NCBI RefSeq assembly: GCF_006345805.1
Contig: NC_043002.1
Coordinates: forward strand, 43,834,001 to 43,898,000
Source of the DNA: Octopus sinensis
Lineage: Eukaryota
DNA length: 64,000 nucleotides
Direction: 5' to 3'
Positions 26,881 to 41,354 of this stretch are shown here, one piece after another (position 1 is the first letter of the stretch; each line of letters begins with the position of its first letter). The position numbers were made by a program, and so were the translations under genes. Below the pieces are notes generated by a model that ran no database searches, was not told where the DNA came from, and worked only from the letters and a program-made list of their open reading frames with translations.

Positions 26881-27252
26881 CAATATTTCACATTCCAAAA
26901 TTTCAAAGAACCACCACCCACTCTACAGATCCTACCAGGATAGGTTTTTTTTTCCTCTGAATGTGAGCATTAAATATATACATCATATGAACTCCACACA
27001 TAGAAGACACATGCCTTAATGGTGAACTCCCTCAATACATAAACACATGAATATTACACATACCCAGCAGATAAACATGATATAAACAAACTTATCATTC
27101 AGCACAATTTTTTTCCAAAAGTTAAACCCAAGGGTGATAATCACCCAAAAGTTGTTGCTTAGGAGTTCTCTCTTTTGATTTCTTTTTTTTTTTACCAAAA
27201 GTTCTCATAAGACTTTCTCATAAATTCTTTTTGTGTTTTAATCCAAAATGGA

Positions 27253-27440
27253 TTGACAACTGGTGTTGGTGTGTTTACATCCCTATAACTTAGCAGTTCA
27301 GCAGAAGATACTGATAGATAAAGTACCAGGCTTAAAAGAAAAGAAATAAGCACTGGGGTCGATTCATTTGACTACAAATCCTTCAAGGTGGTGTCCCAAC
27401 ATGGCTGCAGTCTAAGGACTGAAACAAGTAAAAGATAAAA
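27253..27440 (+). mobile_element. 3' half of a tRNA-derived SINE
   Basis: ttgacaactggtgttggtgtgtttac..ctggggtcgatt..gactgaaacaagtaaaagataaaa. Confidence 0.75.
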
Positions 27441-27616
27441 GGAACCTCAACAAAAGATATATGCACTCACTCACACATACACACCCATGTATACACATGT
27501 ACACATGTCTGTGTGTTTGTGCGTGTATATATATATTTATGCATCCATTCATTTTTTGAAATTTTATTTTTACATTTTCATAATTATAAGCATCATCATC
27601 ATTGTCGTCATCACCA

Positions 27617-27842
27617 TTTTTTTTTTATTGCCCACAAGGGGCTAAACACAGAGGGGACAAACAAGGACAGACAAACGGATTAAGTCGATTACATCGACCC
27701 CAGTGTGTAACTGGTACTTATTTAATCGACCCCGAAAGGATGAAAGGTAAAGTCGACCTCGGCGGAATTCGAACTCAGAACGTAACGGCAGACGAAATAT
27801 CGCTAAGCATTTCGACCGTCGCACTAACGTTTCTGCCAGCTC
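27617..27842 (-). mobile_element. Third tRNA-derived SINE family
   Basis: Minus strand gagctggcagaaacgttag (A box), gagttcgaattcc (B box), gtcgactttacctttcatcctttcggggtcgat core, A-rich tail. Confidence 0.85.
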
Positions 27843-28139
27843 ATCACCATTATCATTTCATGGTGTGTCACTGTAGAACTAGACTGGCTTTTATTTATTT
27901 TCATCTTTGAGTGTTGCCCAGAGGTGCAGTGGCAGAGATGGATATCAGAGGTATGTAAATAGTGGTGAACAAAAATAAGGTGGAGGAAGTTTGTGGCAGG
28001 TGACTAATACTTAAATCTCACATCCACTAGCATTAACTCTTTAGCATTCAGATTACTTTGTCAAATGTAATGCGTATTTATTCACATTGTTTTGATTTGA
28101 TCATGTATTGTATTGTAGCTTTGAGATTTTGTGATGACG

Positions 28140-29075
28140 GTCGTCATCATCATCATCATCATCATATTTGTTTTCCATGCTGGCATGGGTTGAGCGGTGT
28201 GACCAGAGCTGGCAAGCTGCACGAAGCTCCAGTCTGATTTGACATAGTTTCTATAGCTGGATGCCCTTTATGACATCAACCACTTTATAGAGGGTGCTGG
28301 GTGCTTTTATGTGGCACTGCACAAGTGCCTTTCTTGTGACACTGGCATAAGTGCACCTTACGTGTTACAGGCATGAGTGACCTTTACATGACACTGGCAC
28401 AGGACTCTTTCAGGCCAATTGTCTTCACCAGGGCAAATGGTCTTAACATGTCTGCTGTAGAGTACTGGTCTTCTTGAGGACATCAAGGGACCAGGTTTCA
28501 TGGTCCTTTGTCATCTCATCTGAAAGGTTCAGTGTCTTGAGGTCATCCTTCGATACTTCATCCCACATCTTCCTGGGTTCCTTCTTCCATGAGTTCCATC
28601 TATTTTTAGAGATTGGCACTTCTTTATGGAGCTGTTGGCATCCATCCACATCACATGACCAAACCCCTGCAGTCTCCTCTCTTGCACACTGCATCTCATT
28701 TCTCTTTTGCCTAACTACTCTCTCAATACACTAGCACACTGTCAAACATGTACACTTACATTGCACATCCAGTGAAGCATACTAGCCTCATTCCTCTCTA
28801 ACCTTCACATGTCCTCTATATTCAGGGCCCATGTCTCACTACCATGTAGAATTGCTATCCATATACATGCATCATACTATCTTCCTTCCACTTGGCGAGA
28901 GAAACCTTTCATAGCCAATGGAGATAAAAGCTCTCTTAATTTCCTCCATCCTATTTTTATTCTAGCTATTATGCTAACCGAACCTACTACCCTACTACTA
29001 ATTTGGTTCCCTATGTAGCATAGATTATCTTCTACTTCTAATGGGCCACCAGAGTATTTGAGAGAATTATGCATG
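28140..29075 (-). mobile_element. Old 5'-truncated RTE LINE
   Basis: IIARIKIGWRKLRELLSPL, KEPRKMWDEVSKDDLKTLNL. Antisense tail with (cat)n. Confidence 0.8.
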
Positions 29076-29229
29076 TGATTGTATATTTTTAGTATGATGT
29101 TGTAAGATAGGTGTCAGAGGCCAGACCTGGCTAGTTTGAACATTAAGCAAGTAGAATATTTTGGCCGGGTAGGGCCGGTTTAAATGCTAAATAGTTAAAG
29201 CCACCTCCCTTGACTGTAAGCCCCACTCA

Positions 29230-29447
29230 TTTGAAGGGGATCTTGGTTTTGTGAGCTATATGGTGACCTCACTGGTGTTGTTGGCATGAAGAAAAAAAAA
29301 GCACCCAGTATTCTCTGTAAAATGGTTGGAATTAGGAAGAGCAAGCAACTGTAGAAACTATACCAAATCAACATAAGAAAACCACACTATCAGATTCTGT
29401 CAAATTGTCCAATGTATGCCAGCATAGCAGATGTATGTTAAAAGATG

Positions 29448-29452
<5 letters not shown>
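29230..29452 (+). mobile_element. Old RTE-type 3' tail
   Basis: aatggttggaattaggaagagcaagcaactgtagaaac..tccaatgtatgccagcatag..gatgatgatg. Confidence 0.6.
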
Positions 29453-29486
<34 letters not shown>

Positions 29487-29573
29487 AGAATATATATATA
29501 TATGTATGTATAAGGAAAATATATATTATATGTATGTATAAGGAGAATATATATATAAATGTATGTATAGGGA

Positions 29574-29617
<44 letters not shown>

Positions 29618-29744
29618 GTATAGGGAGAATATATATATATAAAGTTAATCCAAACATGAAAACACCAAGAGAAAACACAACAACGCGAGGACGTGGAATA
29701 AATATAGTATTATTGGATGCTCAGGAAGGAAGGGAAGAAGGAGG

Positions 29745-29779
29745 GTTTTACGTTTTGAGCAGAGCTCTTCGTCAGAAAC
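29745..29779 (-). ncRNA. Minimal type I hammerhead ribozyme motif (Penelope-type) with a G12A change
   Basis: Minus strand GUUU CUGACGA A GAGC UCU GCUC AAAA C GUA AAAC: stem I GUUU/AAAC, stem II GAGC/GCUC, palindromic ACGU stem III. The core GAAA reads AAAA. Confidence 0.65.
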
Positions 29780-30927
29780 ATAGGTAAAGGAAAGATCCAG
29801 AGAAGGGAAGACGGAGGAAAAGAATCACCAACGGTACACACGCGGTCACATTTTGAAAATATATATATATATATATGTATAGGGAGAATTCACAAAAAAA
29901 ACAAAAGACGAAGACAGGTGGTGTAGAAAACAACAGATATATTAGCATAACGCTCGGGAATTAAAAAAGTCTTCCATAGAAAAGAACATAGAAAGAAACA
30001 AGGAGAGAAAAAAATGTGTGTACTTATATATGCATTCATACAGCTAGGTGAAACTTCGAAGTCACTGTCAACAAGAATAATAAATTTGTAGTGTACAAAA
30101 TTACTGAGTAACCCATCAGATTAATGTAAAATTGTTTTTATTATAGCTGAACATAAAAACAAGCATTAACATGTATATTTTTTACTTGTTTCTGTCGTTT
30201 TGACTGTGACCATGCTGGAGCACCGCCTTATATATATATATATAATGATTTTATTTATATATCACATGTTCAAGGTAAAACCCACTGCTATTTGGTTTCA
30301 ACTGTTATAGAATATACTTCGTATAAAATTGCTTTTGTAAACATCAGACAGTATGGTATTTTCATGAAAGTTCATAGCACTAATTAGATGCTGTGGCAGC
30401 TAAATCACTCGATGGTCAACAGTTCATTCTAATTCTTTGCTACTTGGAGGTTGTAGAGACATTGTTGATAACTGCAATTCTAAAATGTTGAACTTTGAAT
30501 ATTTTGGCTGCAGATAGCTGTTTGCCTATTATATAATGATGCTCACTCAGTTTATTCATGTATATGTGAGAGTATATTGAAGAAGTTTTGTTGATATTTG
30601 ATATATTGTTAAAGCATAGATTTTAGCCTAAACAATGTGGATAAGTCAATTATTTTCAATGAAATGGTCAAAGAAAGCCAATTGCAGAGTTGATAGTATA
30701 CAGATATGAAACTTTAAGCAAGGGTATGGAGTGGGTTATATCAGTTTGTATGGAATTCAAAGAACTAAGTTTGGGTGAGTTAAGAAAATTGCTTTTAGTT
30801 TCACATCATTCAAAAGGATTTGGAGAAAAGATTTGTATAGCTACACTAACTTGAAAAGATAAGATACAAGCAAAAAACAAATATATAGACAAAAAAACAG
30901 AAATAATGAACAAGTGTAAAATGTTGA

Positions 30928-31332
30928 TAGGAGTGGCTGTGTGGTAAGTAGCTTGCTTACCAACCACATGGTTCCGGGTTCAGTCTCACTGCATGGCACC
31001 TTGGGCAAGTGTCTTCTACTATAGCCTCAGGCCGACCAAAGCCTTGTGAATGGATTTGGTAGACGGAAACTGAAAGAAGCCCGTCGTATATATGTATATA
31101 TATATATGTGTATGTATATGTGTGTGTATGTTTGTGTGTCTGTGTTTGTGTGTCCGACCAACATCGCTTGACAACCGATGCTGGTGTGTTTATGTCCCCG
31201 TAACTTAGCGGTTCGGTAAAAGTACTAGGCTTACAAAGAATAAGTCCTGGGGTCGATTTGATCGACTAAAGGCGGTGCTCCAGCATGGCCGCAGTCAAGT
31301 GACTGAAACAAGTAAAAGAGTAAAAAGAGAGT
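30928..31332 (+). mobile_element. Full-length young tRNA-derived SINE
   Basis: Near identical to 24249-24659. Confidence 0.92.
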
Positions 31333-31519
31333 ATAGCTGACTGAAAGAAATAGCATGGGGTGGTGAGGTAGGACTATAATGTAAGATTCAGAGATGAAGC
31401 ATACTGGAATGGCAGACAGGAAGTGGCTAAAATTGAAGAGAGTCAGTTGTTTCTAATAAAGTTTAAACATGTAGTTAGAGAGATAAGCACCGGAGGAGCA
31501 TAGTTGAAACAGGTGTGTG

Positions 31520-31745
31520 TTTATCATCATTGTCATTTAACATCCCTTGCATGTTGGCAGAGGTTGAACAGTTTGACATGAACTGAGCAAGCAGAAGGCT
31601 GCATTGAGATGCAATGTCTGCTCTAGCATGATCTCTACAGCTGGATGCCCTTCCTAATGCCCAATCACTTAACAAAAAGTATAGGGTACTATTTTTCATT
31701 GCACCAGCACTGGTAAGGTCACCAAGTACCTGCAAGATAAGACCC
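31520..31745 (-). mobile_element. Old RTE-type 3' tail
   Basis: catcattgtcatttaac..ctacagctggatgcccttcctaatgccc. Confidence 0.7.
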
Positions 31746-33743
31746 TTTAACTGAATGTGGTATAGTATTTATTGAGGGGTATGAAATTGTGATAGAGGGA
31801 TAGGTGCAGGTGTCTTGCTGGAAATGTGAATGTATGGCTTCTCCATCAGGAATGACAGAGAGAGTTATGTGTGGTAAGGTACAAAGTGACTACACTATTT
31901 TTTGTTTTTGTGCTTGGTCAGTAAGTGTTATTTCCTTTGCTTCTATCTAGAAAACAAAGAAAAAGACTACTATTTTCTTCACACTTTGCTTTTGTTTCCT
32001 GGACATCGATGTTTTGAAACTGATCTATTTTCCATTACATTTCTGACAGATTTAGCACTGAGTTGCTGAAGCAGAAATATCGTTATAGCAAATACTCTGC
32101 TCAGCACCATAGATTTGCTTGTCACTTGATTGGCCAAAACCACTTGAGCATGTCCCTTAGTGGCTGACAATAAGTGCATCTTTGATCATGAGTAGGAATA
32201 GTTGGAGATCATCATAGGCATGTGTCGACAGGAATTCTTTGAAGTTTGATTAAATATCTTAAAAGCAAAGTTTGAAGGAAATATTAACCATTTTTCATAC
32301 TTTCTATGGGTAAGCAACTAGGAAATAACAGTTGCTATCCAATGACAAAAATCGTTTTACACAGTGTTTTGAGAGAGAGAATAGGATAGAAAAAAGGTGG
32401 GTAGATAGATAAGTGCATTAGATTTGGATGCAATGAGTATCGGAATAGGGGAAGTGAAAGAAAGGAAATTGGAGTGCAAGAAGGAGGATGAGGTAACAAG
32501 GGACTCTAGTAGGGGTACAAAGTGGTGTCATTTACAGCACTCAAGTGAGTTGTACTGCAGAAGATTGATGGAAGGTTTGGTGCTAGAAGATGAGTTGTGG
32601 AAGAAGGATGTATGTGAGAAATTGGGGGTTAAAGAAATAAGCAGTGGAGCAGTATAGTTGATGTGTGAAAAAGCGTGTGTGAGATGTGTGAGAAAGAGTG
32701 TTGTGTGTGTGTGTAATTGTGGGGAATAAATGTGTTGCTGTAGATATGGTATAGGGCTGTGGGTGTTAAGAACAATACATCATAGGGGTGGTGATGTGAT
32801 GAGTAGGTTGTGAAGTGTGTGTGAATGTAAAGGTAGAAAGTGGTACTTTTAGTGCATGTATAGATTAATTTGGTTATGTAACTTAGAGAGGTAAACAAAC
32901 CGAAACCAGTTGTCAAGAGGTGGGGAACAAAAATAAGGTGCACACAATTCCAAATGTTTTTTTTCCTAATTTAACAGCAATATAATGTATGTGTGTGTGT
33001 GTGACCGGCTTACATACAGTTTCTGTTTACTAAGTTCACTCTTGAAGACCCAGGAAGACATGTGATGAAGTATTGAAGGCTGATCTCAAAACTGAACATT
33101 AGGAAGGAGATGACAGAGGACTGAGATATGAGGTGCATTGCTGTACTTGCAAAGACCCACCCACCACAACAGAATTGAGATCCTGAAACCAAGGTGCCAC
33201 ATAAAAATATTGGCATGGGTTCTGATGCCCTGTAAAAGCACCTAGTACACACTCTCTCTCTCTCTAAAGTGATTGATGTTAGGAAGGGCATTGAGCCATA
33301 GGAACCAAGCTAAACTTGACTACAGAACCTGGTGTAAACCCTGGCTTTGTTAGTTCCTATCAAGCCTTCCAACACATGCCAGCATGAAAAATTGATGCTA
33401 AATGTTGATGACGATGACTCACAATGCTTTGGTCAGCCTAAGGACCTGAATCTGAAACCATGATGTTACAAAGTGCACTTCTTAATCACACATGTTCCTC
33501 TGGAAATATGTTTTCTTTTATTGTAAAGAATTTTATTTATTTATTTATTTTTTTGACAATTCAGTACTATTGTTAGATGTTAAACAATGATTAAAAGTCT
33601 TTATGCTTAAGCAAGAAGGTTCAAAATTTAAAGCATTTCAGGAGTGACTAAATTTATGCTTGTTTTATCTTGAAATGTTACCCACCAAAATTCTTCACTT
33701 GTTAAAAGGTAAAATAAAAATTGAATATAATAATTAAAACAGC

Positions 33744-34255
33744 GAAGACCTGTTGAGGCAAGTGAAATCGAAATCAAATTTGATGACTGGCATCCATGCT
33801 AGTGGGGCGCTAAGAGCACCATACAAGCATGATCATTGCCAGAGCGGCTAACTGGCTTTCGTGCCAGTGGCATGTAAAAAGCACCATTCAAGCATGATTG
33901 TTACCAGCATTGCCTTAATGGCACTTATGCCAGTGGCAAGTGAAAAAACATTCGAGCAAGGTCGTTGCCAGTGCTGCTGGACTGGATCCTGTGCAGGTGG
34001 CATGTAAAAAACACCATTTGAGCGTGGCCATTGCCAGTACCACATGATTGGCCCTCGTGCTGGTGGCACGTAAAAGCACCCACTACACTCTCAGACTGGT
34101 TGGCATTAGGAAGGGCATCCAGCTGTAGAAACTCTGCCAGATTGGAGCCTGGTGCAGCCATCTAGTTCGCCAGTCCTCAGTCGTATCGTCCAACCCATGC
34201 CATCATGGAAAGCGGACATTAAATGATGATGATGAAGAGGATGAGGATGATGATG
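33744..34255 (+). mobile_element. RTE 3' UTR (family B) with a perfect 15-bp target site duplication
   Basis: TSD aataattaaaacagc at 33729-33743 and 34256-34270. Module array, terminal aggaagggcatccagc motif and (ATG)n tail. Confidence 0.92.
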
Positions 34256-34358
34256 AATAATTAAAACAGCATTATAATGTTTAACTATTTCTAAAACTTG
34301 TACTTGACGTCTAATTTTTTATTTGTTTCTTTCATTTATTTTTTTAATGTTTTTACAG

Positions 34359-34445
34359 TTCATCATCATTAAATCGAGTTGGTAGCGCACGGCGTGCACC
34401 GCCTAAACTGAGAACATCAGAAGTTATTGACGATCCTATGATACA
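34359..34445 (+). CDS. TRAF3IP1: Internal coding exon C of the same gene, 87 nt, phase 2 to 2
   Basis: ttttacag| acceptor and CA|gtaagt donor. Translates SSSLNRVGSARRAPPKLRTSEVIDDPMI, resembling the IFT54 motif RPGSARPAPPRVK as I recall it. Confidence 0.72.
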
Positions 34446-34519
34446 GTAAGTTATCTTTAATGGACAAAACATAACAGTGGCCTAACCTTTAACCTTTGTA
34501 TTACTATATTTCTGTTTAA

Positions 34520-34736
34520 CCCTTTAGTATTTAAACAGGCCATATCCATCGCAAATATTCTACCTGTTTTATGTTCAAACTAGCCAGATCTGGCCCCTCA
34601 CACCATCCCTACAATATCCTTCTAAAAATACAGTTACCTCATCAAAATCTCGAAGCTACAAGATAATGTATGATTAATTCAAAACGTGTGAGTAGATAAG
34701 CATTACATAGGACAGAATAATGTGAATGCTAAGGTG
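34520..34736. mobile_element. TTAA-flanked piggyBac-like MITE
   Basis: TTAA|ccctttagtattt ... gaatgctaaggtg|TTAA. Related pieces at ~28033, ~29100-29200 and 49073-49850. Confidence 0.7.
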
Positions 34737-34791
34737 TTAAATACACAGCCTTTGTTTCAATTAATTTTTAAGGTAATGAGTCTATCTAGAG

Positions 34792-34976
34792 CAGTGGTTT
34801 TCAACTAGGCCCGATATGGCCCTTGGGGGCTCCATGTAAGATTCTGTTGTTAAGGTTTACATGCAATAAATTGGTTCTACTTCTACAGTACACAAAGCAT
34901 TTTAACATTTTTTTCTATAATTCCTAGCAATATTTAATTATAAAAATGCTGTAGGATCCTTTTTACATTCTCATAT

Positions 34977-35037
<61 letters not shown>

Positions 35038-35113
35038 GAATGGATATAGAGGCCTTGTAGAATTAAATAGGAATCAAAAGGGTCCGGAGGCTAAACATGG
35101 CTAAGAACCACTT
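34792..35113. mobile_element. hAT/Charlie-type MITE with an internal (TA)n
   Basis: cagtggttttcaac left end and ctaagaaccact right end. Flanks atctagag and gtctaaaa resemble the NTCTAGAN target. Confidence 0.6.
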
Positions 35114-35607
35114 GTCTAAAATTATGTTTAGCTCTTCTCAGTTTTTTGTTTTGTTTCATTAATTCATGAGTCTAACAAACATTGTCAATATAAACATTCC
35201 TACTTTGTTTAAATACTTCATGTAATTCTAAAGGACTTTTAAAAGTCGCTGTCTAGCTTGACTTTCACAGCACTAAGTGGATGGAAGTTCCAGATGGCAT
35301 TCTCATATGGTATCAATTTCCTTAGCTAGAGGAACTGGAACCTTAAACCATTATCACTAAATGTCCAATTTCCCATGCTTCCATGGGTCAGACAAAATTT
35401 TTCTTGGCAGATATTCTATGGCAAGAAGCCCTTGCTGTTTCCAACTCTTGCCTGTTTCCAAGTAAAGTGATGTATTCCCTTAACTAAACGTGTTTCTTCA
35501 CAAGAGACTGGAAACAAATGACCTCATTTGTATGATATACATTTACAACCATCACATGATATGTAATAAAAGATACTCAGTTACACACATACACGTATTC
35601 TTTTAGA

Positions 35608-35895
35608 AGGTGCATGGCTCAGTGGTTTCACCATCAGGCTCATAATCATGAGGTAGAGAGTTCGATTCCTGGACCAGGCCGTTTGTTGTATTCTTGAGCA
35701 AGACACATTATTTCATGTTGCTCCAGTTCACTCAGCTGTAGAAATGAGTCACTGGTGCTGAGCTGTATTGATCTTTGCCTTTCCCTTGTATAACATTGGT
35801 TGTTAGGCGAGGAGAGGCTGTTATGCATGGGTGACTACTGATCTTTCATAGATGACCTTGCCTCAGAGGGTAACTTTCTAGGTGCATTCCCATGG
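35608..35895 (+). mobile_element. Fourth tRNA-derived SINE type
   Basis: tggctcagtgg (A box), gagttcgattcc (B box), then cttgagcaagacac..ccagttcactcagctgtagaaatgag, a CORE/Meta-like central domain (domain not firmly assigned). Confidence 0.75.
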
Positions 35896-35953
35896 AAGGG
35901 GATCTTTATTTATTAATTTTTTTATTTAGAATTTAATAAACAAGAAAATATCT

Positions 35954-36302
35954 TCATCATCATCATCGTTTAATATCCGCTTTCCATGCTAGCATGGGTT
36001 GGATGATTTGACTGAGGACTGGCGAACCAGATGGCTGCACCAGGCTCCACTCTTGATCTGGCAGAGTTTCCACAGCTGGATGCCCTTCCTAACACCAACC
36101 ACTCTGAGAGTGTAGTGGGTGGTTTTACATGCCACCGGCATGGGGGCCAGTCAGGCGGTACTGGCAATGACCTTGCTCAAATATTTTTCCACATGCCACC
36201 GGCACAAGTATCAGTAAAGCAGCACTGGTAACGATCATGCTTGAATGGTGCCTTTTACATGCCACCGGCACAGAAGCCAGTTAGCTACTCTGGCAACGAT
36301 CA
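35954..36302 (-). mobile_element. RTE 3' UTR (family B), antisense
   Basis: Reverse complement of the 3' part of 33744-34255. Confidence 0.88.
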
Positions 36303-38766
36303 TACTAGATTTCAATTCTGATTATCAAAATCTGATAAGTTGTTTGCCAATGCTGTCTGTGCAGATACTTTTGCTCCAGGAGAAGATCAGAATATCAGAA
36401 TCTAGATCTTCATTACTCTGACTGTAATATTAAAGGTATGTTACATAAATATATAGTTGACACTCTAACTGATGATAAAATTTACACTCTAGTCCTTATT
36501 TTGTTTTTCAAAATATGGAAATTGTAATGACATTTCATGTGTTCTACACTAATGATATTGTTCAAATGTTTTTCTTTTTTTTATATCTGTGACACTCTAG
36601 CCCAAAGTTGATTAAATAAAACCAAATATTAGTGCTCAAGTATGAATTTAGTTAAGAATATTGAAAGCAAAATGTACCACTGGCCATATCTGAAGAGTAA
36701 AAATACCAAATCAAATTTTAAAAATACTGATTAATTAGTGTGATCATCAAACACTCATGATTGAAAGATATATTTTATATAAAACACTCTCTAACACATA
36801 TGCAGAGAGACATATGAGTGGACAAGTACACACACAGACACACAGACACACACACACACTTCTTTTACTCTCACCCTTCTATTCTTTTGTAAGCAATTAC
36901 TTATCTCCATACACACATACCCTGCATGCATACACACAGGCATGTGGCTAATTCTCAGACAGATTCAAAGCAGACTGGGAGGAGTGATAGTAAGTCATGA
37001 ATAGCAATGAAAGGACAATGACAAACAAACAGCTGATTGAGCAATTAACCAACACATTAAGCAAATGATCAATTAGTTAGCTGGTTAAATAATTAACCAG
37101 TTGACTAACGATATTGAAGTGATATTGAACCAGTGCATATGTCTGTTATTATTGGCATAATGACTCTCCCAAGACATAATTTCTCTCAACGCATACACAA
37201 ATACACATCAAGAATCTTGCGAACCAAACACAAAATGAACCAAATGCAAAAACTGTTCCAAATATACAGATATCATTATAGTAAGATAACAGGTTAATGT
37301 CATTAGTTGAAGGGGTTAGGAAGGTGAACGGTAAAATAAAATGAAATAAAATAAAACAAGATACAATGCAATGAAAGTAGTACAGGTTCATGGCTGTAAA
37401 TGATTAAGTATATATAAAAAGTTTATGGTTATAAGAGGAGATATATTATTAGATACTTAGACAAACAGTGAAATAGATAGGCAAGCAGGCTGAGAGTTTA
37501 CCCTAGATGTGGTTTGTGACCTGGAGAGAGCCAAATTTTGTAGCTTCTGAAAAATATGGTCCATGTGGCACACTTGTAAACTATGTAGAGCGAAATAAAA
37601 TTTCTCTCAGGTAGGTAATCATTACCATTTGTCTTCATGTTTTAAATTGAACCAGTGAGAAAGCCTAACTTGGTTGCTTAGTGTACTAGAAATAACAACC
37701 ACATCCTACCATCTTAAATAAGTGGATAATATATTCCTGAGCATATTAAATGATGTGATGGACATTTGTGATGTCATAGGTATACTTGGTCAAGGCTGGC
37801 TTGAGGTTAAAGAACAACAACAGCAGCAGCAATGATTTAAAAACAAAAATGATGAATTCGAAAATCTCACAGTCTGTCTGAAAATTGTGTAACCTTTAAT
37901 CATATGATGTTGCGCAATGGATAAACTTTGAAAGGTAATACCACCAGAGCAAAAATTTGTCTCTAGAATTTCTATCATATCAGGTTCAAGTACTGTAAAA
38001 GCATAGCAAAGGATCATTTCAATGAGTTGGTTGCTTATGATTTTAGTGGTTTATAATATAATTGACTTATATACCAGACAATATGCTACTGCTCATCTGA
38101 GCACATAAATGGTACGTGTCACCTACAGTAGCTGTCAACTTTTACTGCCAAACCGATATGTTAACTGTAACTTTTTGCTTTCGTCTATATTTATTTTATT
38201 TTTTATTTTTGAAACTAGCAAGTAACTGAAAATAATTATTAATTGTTCGTTACGACCTTCAAGCTGAAGCTGTCAGATAAAGCTTAGTATTTTTTCTGTA
38301 TATCCTATACCTTTGAATATTGCCAAATTATAAAACACCAATGTTGGGCATGCCAGTGCACTTGTAAATTACATGTCATTTTCAGATTTTTCAAAAATAT
38401 TGTAATGTGCTTGGATAGTGTCAGTTTGTAAAGTTAAGCAGATAGCAAGCCATTCATTTGAGAGTCGCATTCATGATAGGAAATATAGAAATAAATGAAA
38501 CAGGAGCAGAAACAAAGAAAAAAAAAGGGATAAACAGAACAACAAAATACTGTGGGAGTAAGTTATAAGGTACATCTGTAAGCAGAGCACAAATTGACCA
38601 TAGCAGAGATTTAAAGTGATGATGTGAGGATGTGATTCCCTGATGAAATACAGCATCATTTTTTAAAACTATATTATCCAATTAATAAGACATACGTGTA
38701 GTATACTGCATATTCATGAAACAAGAATATAGAAGGGAAAAAGTTATCAATAAGAATATTTGATAG

Positions 38767-40597
<1,831 letters not shown>

Positions 40598-41354
40598 CAT
40601 ATATGGATACAGAACATCAGCAAATGTGTAAACAACATCAAATTCGAAAACAAACAAGTTAAATATCCAAACAACGAGAAAAAAAATGGAAAACTGGACA
40701 AGAAAACACAGCGAATAACCCTTCATTGGTTGTTGGCTGTCTAACTACTCCTCATTTCGAGCATTCAACGACAATATGAGTCTTCAAAGACAGTTGCTCC
40801 CATAAATTCCCAAAGGTTGGGAACAAAAACTGGACAGTGGAGACATGCAAGGAAACCAAATGAAAAGAAATATGGGGGATTGTTAGACCAGAACTAGAGG
40901 AAAATAGTGAATGGCAGGAGAAATATTTTCTTCGAAAAGAGGAATGATAGAAGAGAGAGAAAGAAAACATCCAGTCCTTTGAATGGCCATGCAGGAAAAG
41001 AAAGATGGATGATGGTCACGCGTGTGCAATGAGAGAAAAAGAGAAAGAGAGAGAGCAAACTGTAAAGGAGGAGAAAAAGGGAATTAGAGAAGGATGGAGG
41101 AAGAAAACAGTAAAGAATAGAGTCGTATCAAAAATGTCAAGATAAACTTACTTTATAGATAGATGGGTGGCGTTAGCTGTCCATTTTCCACTTTTTCTCA
41201 TGTTGTTTGCATATTAAATCGTTTATTTTCATAATTCATGTTGCTTACACAGTTGGTGATATCCTGTACCCATATATGTATATATATATATCATATTATT
41301 AAATTGAATGCTACGCATCCATTTCAAAGTAAGTTTATACATAACCACATGCAT

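Noticed and set aside
36365-36435. Candidate next exon (gcag|..AAAG|gtatgt), open in phase 2
   Set aside because: Weak pyrimidine tract, and the peptide YFCSRRRSEYQNLDLHYSDCNIK does not resemble IFT54. RNA-seq would be needed.
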